From: a virus
Virus record (IMG/VR): IMGVR_UViG_2558860454_000004
DNA: 64,000 nt
Reading direction: 5' to 3' (one strand)
Positions 20,850 through 29,473 of the stretch are shown here, piece by piece (the first letter of the stretch is position 1; each line of letters opens with the position of its first letter). The notes beneath the pieces were generated by a model. The model searched no databases, was not told the origin of the DNA, and saw only the letters and a list, made by a program, of their open reading frames with translations. Both the position numbers and the translations under genes were made by a program.

Positions 20850-21023
20850 ACGCGATCCGCACTCGCCACAGGTTTGCGGTGAAAGGCGTATTTACGCGGG
20901 TTAAGTGGTTCGAAACGGACAAAAGCGAGTGAATAAATCGTGCATAAAACAGGGTGCAAAATGCATAGCGTTTTTTCGCAGCGTAAGCCCTGTTTTATTA
21001 ACTTTTCCCCTGAACGGGGCAAG

Positions 21024-21046
21024 AAAAAAGCCCCCACACGGGAGCC
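21024..21046 (-). terminator. tR'-like terminator after Q
   Basis: GGCTCCCGTGTGGGGGC followed by TTTTTT on minus strand. Confidence 0.7.
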
Positions 21047-21071
21047 TCTTCGTTGAGGTCAGAAATTCAAC

Positions 21072-21506
21072 TCATACCAGCGTAGCGCACTTTTTGCGGC
21101 CCGCACTAATACTTTTTTCACTTCGTTGTTTTTCAACCTCAGGATCCATTTGCAAACGCACATTCAACATGCAAAGACACCCTTCGATAAACCCTTCTGC
21201 GGTAGACATGAGGCGGCGGACCTCACGTTCGGAAATTTTAGCCCTTCGCCCTATCTCGCGTTTGGTCAACCCGTGGACGTAGTACAGCATGATGACGTCC
21301 AGCTCCTCGGGCTTGCGCACCTGCTGCAGACGGCAGACACAGCTATCAATAACCAGCCCGTCGTCATCGCAGCAACTCAGTCTGTTGGACGAACTGCTGA
21401 CCACAAGTCCTTTAAACCCGGCAGCGACCGGAGCCCAGCTTACTGCGGTGTTGCTATCGGCAGCCCAGCCGCCCCAGCGCTCTAAAACCTGTTGAATATT
21501 ACGCAT
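21072..21506 (-). CDS. Q: Late antiterminator Q
   Basis: VLERWGGW, CCDDDGLVID, AEGFIEG motifs; upstream of lysis genes. Confidence 0.85.
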   Translation of the reverse strand: MRNIQQVLERWGGWAADSNTAVSWAPVAAGFKGLVVSSSSNRLSCCDDDGLVIDSCVCRLQQVRKPEELDVIMLYYVHGLTKREIGRRAKISEREVRRLMSTAEGFIEGCLCMLNVRLQMDPEVEKQRSEKSISAGRKKCATLV

Positions 21507-21575
21507 AGCTCTGACCTCTACGTTTTGCTACAGAAAATTTTTCAGGGAACCGCGCCCGCCTCTCCGTGGGCGTGC

Positions 21576-21881
21576 TTAAAAACTCGATTTGCTCTCGGGA
21601 TTGCCAAGCGCTACAAGCGCTACAACCTCTTTCACCATCCCCAGCCGTATACGACCGAATCCTTTCTCGCCGAGGGTGATACGCAGGTGGCTGATATCTG
21701 TATCGTTGAATAAACGCCATTCGCCCGTCCCAAAAGGAGCACATTCGAGCGTCGTTCCGGTGTATCGCAGATGCATTCCACAATGTTCAGGTGAACTGAT
21801 CGCTTTAAACACATTGCTGATGCTTGTTTCGATTTGGCCCTTTGCATTCTTTGTAAATTCTAAAGCTGTATTATTTTTCAT
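21576..21881 (-). CDS. Hypothetical protein resembling the N-terminal part of VapE-type primase-associated domains
   Basis: W..F.DTD...LR..L...GF pattern; between origin and Q. Confidence 0.5.
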   Translation of the reverse strand: MKNNTALEFTKNAKGQIETSISNVFKAISSPEHCGMHLRYTGTTLECAPFGTGEWRLFNDTDISHLRITLGEKGFGRIRLGMVKEVVALVALGNPESKSSF

Positions 21882-21931
21882 ATTTCGATTCTCTAATTAG
21901 TTATTTGCTAAATTTCCCAAGTTAATTTCCG

Positions 21932-22196
21932 AGGTGACGGATAGGTGACGCGTAAATACCTATCCGTCACCTGCTGTAAAGCGCTCCACATAAGGCTTGA
22001 GAGTATTTCAGGTGACAGGTGACGGCTGATTTGAGTTCTATATACATAAAAGATCGTATAATACCTAAAATATAAGTTCTCGCGTATATAGTTTTAAATT
22101 CTGCCGTCACCTGTCACCTTTTAGCATTTCAACTCTGATTTAATTGACTTTTTTAAGGTGACGCTTAACCGTTTTGCCGTCACCTAGCCGTCACCT
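21932..22196. repeat. Putative replication origin: ten AGGTGAC iterons in dyad symmetry around an AT-rich core
   Basis: Forward copies at 21932, 21943, 22010, 22017, 22156; reverse copies at 21966, 22106, 22113, 22179, 22190; directly 3' of primase. Confidence 0.8.
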
Positions 22197-22198
22197 TT

Positions 22199-24454
22199 TT
22201 ACAATCCAGATTGCAAAATCTCGCAAGATTTATATATTTCGCGCAATTCTTCGTTGCTGAACTCGTTATCTTTTACAAGAATCCAAATCCTATATACAAA
22301 CCCGTCAATTTTTACGCGTACAGGTTCCCGCTTTGTTCTTTCTTTCAAAACGCGAGTTATATGCTTCTGGTTAATTTCCACGTCCATACCTGCTTCTGCC
22401 AGTATCGCGTTAACGATTTGCTGGTAGGTCATTGCAGGCGCTGGCGGGTTATTCAGGATTTCGATAAGAGCAGACTCCACATCGCTCTTATTGCTTTCAA
22501 TCATCAACAGACGTTCTTTCGTCTCAGGTGCGCGCTGCCAGTTGAAGCGGGACAGGTCAACGCCCATCAGATACCAGTACACCTGCGCGATAAAGTCACT
22601 GTCGCTTAGCGCGCCGTACAGGCTGGCGTAATGCTCTTCGCTTGCAGCGAAGTCAGGGCCACCAAGCACGGCGATACGGCGGTCTTCCTCTGGCAGCGCC
22701 AGCGCATCAAAGTGGTTGGTGTAGAACAGAAAGCCGGTATAAATATCCATCGTCTTTTTGCTGCCATATTTGCGGTTCACTTCAAACCGTGGTTCTGTCA
22801 GCACGTCGCGGATCTTATCGTTCACCTCATACCGCTTATCGTTTTCGCGCACCTCGTCAATGGTGCAAAGCAACGTGTTGTACAGATAATCATGGAACTG
22901 GTTATCGCACAGGATCTTCATTCTGGTGCGAGCACAGTTCCATGGGCCGAGCACGCGCTCCATCAACTGGCTGACCCATCCCCTACCCGTACCATGTGCG
23001 GTAGCCACATGCAGAACGGAAATCGGGCAACGCCTTTCAGGGCGCTGTACCATCCAGCCCAAGCGAGCGATGAAGAACTCGCGTTGCCAGGCGTCAGGTA
23101 CCAGATAGGCCATATGGTTAAGGAACGTGGACACCTTACTCGTATCCGCTGTACGAGGATGTTCGGGCATATAGAATTCGTTAATCTCGTACCTGCCATC
23201 GAAACGCTCGATAATACGACCTGAGCCAGGCTTATAGCCTGTCGTCTCAGCTATTTTCTTATGCCGGTGCTCTATCCAGCGCTTTGTCGCGGGTACAGGT
23301 TGCCCCTTCCCTTCTGGCGGGAACTGGTAAGGCGCCATCAGGTTTTTGAACGACTTCATATCCATCATGCACTGATATGGCGGTCGGCTAAGATCACATA
23401 CCTGATCACCCTCGATAACGTAGATAAAGCGCTCAAGGAAGTGGCTGGTCATATCGGTGTTAATATCCACAAACTCTGGTTTATCACCTTCTTCATCTGC
23501 AGTCAGGTCATCGAAATCGTCGTTGCGGACCCCAATGGCATTAAGGAAATCCCCATCGTCGCGGTGCGCACAGCTGGCGTGCAGACACTTGAAATGCCCC
23601 TGCTCAAAGCCCGCAGTACCACCCGGAAAGTAAACTGTGCTGGTCGGGTCTCCGCTGGTGCTGTGACCATCCTCAAACGGGCAGCGGATATAGCGCTCGC
23701 CGTTCGCGCCGTCCAGCAGCGTCCAGCCATTGGCGTCGAGGTATTCGGCTGTATCATCCGTGGCGCCGGGCGTGAACGTTGAGCGGTCGCGCATCTTCGT
23801 GCTGCCCGCTTCGGTGGTGACCGACACAGGCAACTGGTCCGCCAGGCGCTGCCACAGCGTTTCGAACTGGTCAGCAGTAACGACGGGTGGCTCATCCGGC
23901 AGACCACCGTCCCATTCAATACGCGCGCCGCTGCTGTGCGTACCGCAGGCAACGAACTGCTGCCCGTTCGCCAGCAGCTCGATAATCCCCATATCACCCG
24001 CCAGACGGTGAATGCGCTTACGGAAATCGCCGTCAACGGCCAGCAGGTACAGACATTTATTGCTGTTGGCGCGCCAGCGTCGTGGCGGCAGCTCGCCCAG
24101 CAGCTGCACCAGCGTTTTGCGAATATCAGCCTGGATGTCTTCGTCTTCGCTGTCACAGTCCAGCGCAAGCCAGCCGTGACCTGTACGCACGCAGATCCCG
24201 TAATCGGGCTCTTTAGACCATCGGGCAAAGTCATGCTCAGTTACGACGTGTTCTGTCCAGTGTGAAATACCGGCGACCTGACGGTCACGGTTATAGCGGC
24301 TCGGTGTTTTGCCAAGCGCTTTCAGTTTACTGTCGGGGGAAATGGCCGCGTCCGGGTTGCAAACGACTGGCAGCAACTGGTCAGTACGTCCCAGCACCAG
24401 ATCGAAGTGAAACCATTCATCAGGCGTCGCCCCCCAGCTTTTGTTTTCTGGCAT
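22199..24454 (-). CDS. Primase-helicase (Prim-Pol domain, Zn-binding domain, SF3/DUF5906-like helicase)
   Basis: GICVRTG..WLALDCD, CPFEDGH..FKCLHASC, GTGRGW Walker A variant, TIDE Walker B, FYTNH. Confidence 0.85.
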   Translation of the reverse strand: MPENKSWGATPDEWFHFDLVLGRTDQLLPVVCNPDAAISPDSKLKALGKTPSRYNRDRQVAGISHWTEHVVTEHDFARWSKEPDYGICVRTGHGWLALDCDSEDEDIQADIRKTLVQLLGELPPRRWRANSNKCLYLLAVDGDFRKRIHRLAGDMGIIELLANGQQFVACGTHSSGARIEWDGGLPDEPPVVTADQFETLWQRLADQLPVSVTTEAGSTKMRDRSTFTPGATDDTAEYLDANGWTLLDGANGERYIRCPFEDGHSTSGDPTSTVYFPGGTAGFEQGHFKCLHASCAHRDDGDFLNAIGVRNDDFDDLTADEEGDKPEFVDINTDMTSHFLERFIYVIEGDQVCDLSRPPYQCMMDMKSFKNLMAPYQFPPEGKGQPVPATKRWIEHRHKKIAETTGYKPGSGRIIERFDGRYEINEFYMPEHPRTADTSKVSTFLNHMAYLVPDAWQREFFIARLGWMVQRPERRCPISVLHVATAHGTGRGWVSQLMERVLGPWNCARTRMKILCDNQFHDYLYNTLLCTIDEVRENDKRYEVNDKIRDVLTEPRFEVNRKYGSKKTMDIYTGFLFYTNHFDALALPEEDRRIAVLGGPDFAASEEHYASLYGALSDSDFIAQVYWYLMGVDLSRFNWQRAPETKERLLMIESNKSDVESALIEILNNPPAPAMTYQQIVNAILAEAGMDVEINQKHITRVLKERTKREPVRVKIDGFVYRIWILVKDNEFSNEELREIYKSCEILQSGL

Positions 24455-24457
24455 GGG

Positions 24458-24670
24458 TTACGCCTTTTTGTCGTTTTGGAGGCCGTGCAGCAACCAGTTA
24501 GGATCGCAATCAAGCGCAACGGACATTTCAAGAAGATAACGAGGGCGGGAGATAACACCGCTTTCAATTCTGTTTATCGCCTGCTGACTAACCCCTGTTA
24601 GCTCTGCCAGCGTGACCTGTGTCATTTTGAGCTCTTTACGTCGCTCTTTTACTCGAGTAGCCAGAGTCAT
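24458..24670 (-). CDS. cro: Cro repressor (434-like)
   Basis: HTH KMTQ..LA...GVSQQAI..IESG...RPR; divergent from cI; start at MTLATR with GAGGTG SD. Confidence 0.85.
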   Translation of the reverse strand: MTLATRVKERRKELKMTQVTLAELTGVSQQAINRIESGVISRPRYLLEMSVALDCDPNWLLHGLQNDKKA

Positions 24671-24683
24671 CGTCATCACCTCA

Positions 24684-24744
24684 TACAATTTTAGTGGTAT
24701 TTAGCAACAACTAATGATGTTTGTCAAATACAACAAAAATTGTA
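24684..24744. promoter_or_regulatory. OR region: three operators plus PR
   Basis: TACAA-N6-TGGTA (24684), AACAA-N6-ATGTT (24706), TACAA-N6-TTGTA (24729); TTGACA on minus strand at 24722-24727. Confidence 0.8.
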
Positions 24745-24790
24745 TTTAATAATAGAGGGTCATAATTTCAACTCTTAAAAGGTATTAACA

Positions 24791-25414
24791 ATGTCTCTCG
24801 CAGCACGCTTCAAAGCCCGCCGCCTCGAGCTCGGAATGACACAAGTAGAAGTCGCGAACTCTGCGGGGGTGAGTCAACAATCGATTGAGTCTATTGAAAG
24901 TGGACGGACCCGAAAGCCTCGCAACCTTTTGGACCTTGCCAAAGCGTTAAAATGCAGCCCGGACTGGCTTCTGAATGGCAAGAACATCATGCCGCTTACC
25001 GAAATAAGCACCAGAAGAATACCTGTACTGAGCTATGTGCAGGCAGGTTGCCTCACAGAAGCAAGAGACATAACCGATCTGACAGGTGATTTTGAATATA
25101 TTCTGGCTGACTCCGATGTACCAGAGACGTGTTTTGCACTGCGTATAGATGGCGATAGCATGCAACCTGAATTTAAAGAAGGGGATATTGTTATTATAGA
25201 CCCCGACCTATGCCCTGCTCCCGGCGAATTTGTCGTCGCCAAAAACAACGGACATGAAGCAACGTTTAAGAAGTACCGCCCGTTAGGAATAGGGATTGAC
25301 GATTTCGAACTGGTACCACTTAACCCTGACTATCCAGTATTACGTAGCGCGGAGCTGCCATTACGCGTTATTGGAGTGATGATTGAGCACCGCATTTACC
25401 GCCGTAAGCGTTAA
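24791..25414 (+). CDS. cI: CI repressor with S24 autopeptidase domain
   Basis: 434-like HTH (VSQQSIESIESGRTRKPR), VQAG cleavage site, GDSM serine, TFKK lysine. Confidence 0.92.
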   Translation: MSLAARFKARRLELGMTQVEVANSAGVSQQSIESIESGRTRKPRNLLDLAKALKCSPDWLLNGKNIMPLTEISTRRIPVLSYVQAGCLTEARDITDLTGDFEYILADSDVPETCFALRIDGDSMQPEFKEGDIVIIDPDLCPAPGEFVVAKNNGHEATFKKYRPLGIGIDDFELVPLNPDYPVLRSAELPLRVIGVMIEHRIYRRKR

Positions 25415-25488
25415 TTTACCCCTTCAGGAGGGTCAGAAGATCCTCCCTTCCCTTACTTGTAAAATTCTACAAACTAAATTCATTTAAA

Positions 25489-25562
25489 TATCAATAACGT
25501 GGTATTCACACGACACAAAATACCACATTTGTGGTTTACAAAATACAACTCAAATTGTAGAT
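25489..25562 (+). promoter_or_regulatory. OL/PL region
   Basis: Operators TACCA-N6-TGGTT (25521) and TACAA-N6-TTGTA (25543), possible third at 25489; TTTACA-16-TAGATT. Confidence 0.7.
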
Positions 25563-25860
25563 TTAACCCCAAGTCGAACGGCGCGACTCTAAACCATGCG
25601 TCGGGACCGTGGCGGGACAGGATGTCGGCAATACGGATCAATTTAAAAATATCAAACGTAAGAATCCCCGTCGGCACCTTGAATCGGTCGACGGCTAATA
25701 CCGGGAAGGTAAACAAAGTGGATAGTTGGCAAAGGAAATCGAGGGAACCGCTCACAGGTCACACGTGGGTATCTGGAAGGCTTAGAACAAAGGCAGATAG
25801 CTTCCATCCTCTGTAACAAGGCGAGTTCCACCATGGGCACAGCTTACGTTTGATAGCTCC

Positions 25861-25931
25861 CTTTGGGGTGCGGTGAATTGCAGTCCACCGAGACAAGCCG
25901 AAGATCAGCACCGGCCACCGCACCACCAAAG
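25861..25931 (+). ncRNA. C4-like structured RNA
   Basis: Closing stem CTTTGGGGTGCGGTG/CACCGCACCACCAAAG enclosing AATTGCA linker, GTC/GAC hairpin and GCCG-AAGATCAGCAC-CGGC hairpin; family name recalled, not searched. Confidence 0.55.
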
Positions 25932-25957
25932 TGAACTGACCAACGCAGGAATACATC

Positions 25958-26482
25958 ATGATCACTGTTAAAAGAGCTGAATATCTGTCTGCGCTGACAT
26001 GCGCTGGCGTGAAGGAGGTCCGCTATTACCTGAATGGCATTTTCTTTGACCCTGAAGGTTTTGTTGTGGGTACAAACGGGCATCGCCTGTTTTGCGGTAG
26101 GGCCATAACCGAAGGGGAAAGCGCTATTGTCAACGTGAAAGCAAAGCCTCCCACAAAATTTGAGCAGGTCCGTATAGATACGGTATTGAAAGCGGCCACT
26201 TTTCTCAATAACGAAGGTCAGACCGTCATGACATCGCCTGTCGAAGTTATCGACGGACATTTTCCAGACTGGCGACGGGTGGCTGACTTTAAACCCGGGA
26301 AAGTGGATGCCATTGGTATACATCTGCCCTATCTGGCAGACGCTGCGAAATGCTCAAAATATTTCGATAAAAAGGCCAACGCCATTATCGAAACACAAGG
26401 CGTATCTGACGCGATACGCCTTCAGTTAAGCGCTGACGCTTATATGCTCATTATGCCAGTCCGTATGCCGTCCCCCATCTGA
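25958..26482 (+). CDS. Compact beta-sliding-clamp (DnaN) homologue
   Basis: EVRYYLNGIFF, GTNGHRL, IDGHFPDWRRV, IMPVRM match DnaN DVRYYLNGMLF, ATDGHRL, VDGRFPDYRRV, VMPMRL. Confidence 0.8.
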   Translation: MITVKRAEYLSALTCAGVKEVRYYLNGIFFDPEGFVVGTNGHRLFCGRAITEGESAIVNVKAKPPTKFEQVRIDTVLKAATFLNNEGQTVMTSPVEVIDGHFPDWRRVADFKPGKVDAIGIHLPYLADAAKCSKYFDKKANAIIETQGVSDAIRLQLSADAYMLIMPVRMPSPI

Positions 26483-26512
26483 ATAAATCATCCATTGCTG
26501 TGTGTAGTCTTT

Positions 26513-26538
26513 GCCCGCCGCTACTGACGGGCTTTTTT
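26513..26538 (+). terminator. Intrinsic terminator in early operon
   Basis: GCCCG...CGGGC followed by TTTTTT. Confidence 0.7.
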
Positions 26539-26594
26539 ATGTCTGAAAACGCATTCAGCGGAGTGCGTTCCCCGACATAAAAGGAGCACCACCG

Positions 26595-26745
26595 ATGAAA
26601 CCTGAACACCTCCACCGGCTGACGGGGCGCGACGTGCTCCGTTACCGCCGAAAAACTTTCGACTTAATTACCGGTCTTGGCCCTCGCTACTGCGCTCGGC
26701 CTGATCATAACTTTCATTCTCCTTGTAGCGAGGACTGCAGTATGA
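26595..26745 (+). pseudogene. Small membrane-protein gene (~49 aa) with apparent 1-nt insertion
   Basis: Shifting frame at GGTCTTGGCC (~26677) gives a TM helix ALATALGLIITFILLVARTAV* whose TGA overlaps the next ATG. Confidence 0.6.
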
Positions 26746-27644
26746 GCTTAGAAACAAACCTGGAGCTTAATAACCAACTGGTAACCCGTAATAACGAACT
26801 GCTGGAACGTCTAATCAGCACGCTGGCATCAGGCGTTGTCATGCGCCCGGATGCTATAGCGCAGGTGCAGGAATACCATGAAACAGTGGCTAAAACAAAA
26901 GCGGCACTGACACTGGACGACCTGACATTCAGCGACGTTATCGCGCTTGCAGCCTTCTATCCGGTACCGCAACAAATCACCGAAGAAATGTTGCAGCGCG
27001 CCGTCGCGTACCGCGACGCAACCGGTGAAGCACGCGTGGTGCAAATCGATGCACTGGACAGCGCGTTGCAGGGTGTGAAACGTGCAAAAGAGTTGTTTAA
27101 ACCCGCACTGCTCGACCTGTCCCGCAACATTCTGAAATTCTGGGACGACCTGCCGACCATCGGCGAGCGCCGTGCTTTTGCCGAGCGCCTGCTTGATGCT
27201 CCGTCAGCCGGGCGCGATGAAGTAAAGCCGAAGAAAGGCAGCAGCAAAGACAGTAAAACCAAAGAACGTACAGGGCCGTTTTACATCAAAAGCCCAGACG
27301 GTTCAGCCGCCAGCGAGCTGCACACTTTACGCAAGCTGAATGCAATGCTTGAGAAAGGCCACATCGAGATTAACCGGGTTGAATATCTCCAGTTGCAGGA
27401 AGAATTCGCACGTAAAAACGCAGCAAATAGCAATCAGCAAGTGACCACTGATACTGACGATCAGCCTGAGTATGCGGCGCTGCGTAAACAGGCCGAAAGG
27501 TTGATCCTCCAGCTCGCGAAAGGCGGATACCGTGCCGAAGCCATCGCCATTCTGGACAAACAGGGTGCCAAAAAACTCGGCGAAGTCGCTGACGAGCACC
27601 TCGCAGACGTGATCGCCCAGGCCGAAAAAGCGCTGGAGGGCTAA
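26742..27644 (+). CDS. Hypothetical early protein (300 aa)
   Basis: Start MSLETNLEL with AGGA SD; C-terminal GAKKLGEV motif typical of genes preceding DUF2800. Confidence 0.7.
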   Translation: MSLETNLELNNQLVTRNNELLERLISTLASGVVMRPDAIAQVQEYHETVAKTKAALTLDDLTFSDVIALAAFYPVPQQITEEMLQRAVAYRDATGEARVVQIDALDSALQGVKRAKELFKPALLDLSRNILKFWDDLPTIGERRAFAERLLDAPSAGRDEVKPKKGSSKDSKTKERTGPFYIKSPDGSAASELHTLRKLNAMLEKGHIEINRVEYLQLQEEFARKNAANSNQQVTTDTDDQPEYAALRKQAERLILQLAKGGYRAEAIAILDKQGAKKLGEVADEHLADVIAQAEKALEG

Positions 27645-27646
27645 TT

Positions 27647-28165
27647 ATGCCGGAAGCCTGGAAAGATATTTCAGGCTTTGAAGGCATTTACCAGATTTCA
27701 GACGCTGGAAACCTGAGAAGCCTCGACAGAACTGTATTAAACAAAGGTTCTGGCTGCACCTATCCCGTTAAAGGTAAGCCACTAAAACCACGCTATGACG
27801 CAGACGGCTATCTAATCACCGACTTATGGAAAGCGGGTAATAAGGTAACCGTCAAAATCCACCGTCTCGTTGCCGCAGCATTTATCCCCGGGTCTGCCCC
27901 TGAAGTTGACCACATTAACGGTCGTCGCGATGACAACCGGGCGGTAAATCTTCGCTGGGTCTCTCTTTCACAAAACAGGGCTAACTCTCACACCAGAAAG
28001 AATAAATCTGGAGTGGTTGGCGTTCGGTTCAGCGAAGGTAAGAAAAACCCGTGGCAGGCCTACGGACGAGTGAATGGCAAATTCAAATCTCTCGGTCATT
28101 TCCCTACCAAGCAACTCGCAGCGGCTGCGCGGCGAAAACACATTCAGGAGGTCATGAATGCCTGA
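27647..28165 (+). CDS. NUMOD4-HNH homing endonuclease with AP2-like C-terminus
   Basis: [43 protein letters not shown]. Confidence 0.9.
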   Translation: MPEAWKDISGFEGIYQISDAGNLRSLDRTVLNKGSGCTYPVKGKPLKPRYDADGYLITDLWKAGNKVTVKIHRLVAAAFIPGSAPEVDHINGRRDDNRAVNLRWVSLSQNRANSHTRKNKSGVVGVRFSEGKKNPWQAYGRVNGKFKSLGHFPTKQLAAAARRKHIQEVMNA

Positions 28166-29459
28166 TGTTCATGCACGATTATCACCATCATCTGCGCACC
28201 GTTGGCTAAGGTGTGCGGGTAGCCTGGCGCTGGAAGCCACTCAGCCAGACAAAGAAACGTCCTTTGCTTTAGAAGGTACCGCAGCACATGCACTTGCCGA
28301 AAAGGTGCTGCGCAACCGCCAGAGCCACCCGGAATACTATGCGGGCTTCAATGTCGCTATGTTCCTCGGTTCTTACCCGCTCGCTGCACATCCTGATGAT
28401 ACTACCGGCCCACAGGTAGGTGAGGAAATGGTCGAAGCCGTTGGCCGTTACGTCGATACAGTCTGGGCACTGTCACAGGGCAATGAGTTGCTTGTCGAAC
28501 AACGTGTCGACTTTTCGCACATTGTCGGAGTGCCTGAGTCATTCGGTACCGCTGACGCCGTCATCATCGCGGGCAACGAGCTGCAGATCCACGACCTGAA
28601 ATACGGTAAGGGTGTGCGGGTCGATGCTGAGCAGAACGAGCAACTGCAGCTATATGCCCTGGGCGCACTTGAGCAATTCAGCATGCTGTACGACTTCGAA
28701 ACGATACGCCTGTTCATCCACCAGCCGCGGCTTAACCACGTTTCAGAGTGGGCCCTGACGGTGGAAGAGCTCCAGACGTTCGGCGAACGGGCGCAGGAGG
28801 CCGCCGCTCATGTGATCGTGATGTTCAACATCGCTGATTGCGAAAGCGTCGAAACACTGCCACTGGAGAATTTCACCCCGGGCGAAAAACAGTGTCGCTT
28901 CTGTAAGGCAAAAGCCGTCTGCACTGCTCAGAAAATGCAGCATATGCAAACAGCTGCCAGCGATTTCGAAGATCTGTCTAAACCTGTCAGCGAGATAATC
29001 GCCGATGCCAGCGCACGTGTCCCCCTGTTAACCGTCGAACAACTGGCGGAGATCTACAGCCAGGCCGACTTTATCGAATCGTGGCTAAAGGCAGTACGCG
29101 ACCGTGTAAACGCTGAGCTGAACGCCGGGCATCCGGTACCAGGCTTTAAGCTGGTTACTGGTAAACAGGGAAATCGTGCCTGGAGCGATGAAGAAGCCGC
29201 CCGCGCGCTGCTGAAAGACCAGTTCCGCTATAAAACCGAGGAAGTTTTCGACCTTAAACTAATTAGCCCGACCAAAGCCGAAAAGCTCATTAAAAAGGCC
29301 AGCCCCCGCCGCTGGACGAAAGTCGAAGCGCTGATCACCCGCGCTGACGGTAAGCCCACCGTCGCCCCCGAATCCGACCCGCGCCCAGCGCTCAATATCA
29401 ACCCTGTTAACGATTTCGACGACGTGCCCGACGACGCGTGCGCCGCAGACCTCATTTGA
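28158..29459 (+). CDS. DUF2800 Cas4-like PD-(D/E)XK nuclease
   Basis: [38 protein letters not shown]. Confidence 0.88.
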   Translation: MPDVHARLSPSSAHRWLRCAGSLALEATQPDKETSFALEGTAAHALAEKVLRNRQSHPEYYAGFNVAMFLGSYPLAAHPDDTTGPQVGEEMVEAVGRYVDTVWALSQGNELLVEQRVDFSHIVGVPESFGTADAVIIAGNELQIHDLKYGKGVRVDAEQNEQLQLYALGALEQFSMLYDFETIRLFIHQPRLNHVSEWALTVEELQTFGERAQEAAAHVIVMFNIADCESVETLPLENFTPGEKQCRFCKAKAVCTAQKMQHMQTAASDFEDLSKPVSEIIADASARVPLLTVEQLAEIYSQADFIESWLKAVRDRVNAELNAGHPVPGFKLVTGKQGNRAWSDEEAARALLKDQFRYKTEEVFDLKLISPTKAEKLIKKASPRRWTKVEALITRADGKPTVAPESDPRPALNINPVNDFDDVPDDACAADLI

Positions 29460-29473
29460 TTAAGGAAATACCC

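Noticed and set aside
21932-22196. CRISPR array or transposon ends
   Set aside because: Repeats are 7 bp, in both orientations and irregularly spaced; no cas or transposase nearby; better explained as iterons
23503-24234. 243-aa alternate-frame ORF inside the primase
   Set aside because: Same-strand shadow frame in GC-rich DNA with Arg/Ser/Cys-rich composition and no motif
26595-27644. Single 349-aa protein as in the ORF track
   Set aside because: Better explained as a frameshifted small gene plus a 300-aa gene with its own SD
28158-29459. Cas4 as evidence of a CRISPR system
   Set aside because: DUF2800 is a standard member of this phage replication module; no cas1/cas2 or array in the window
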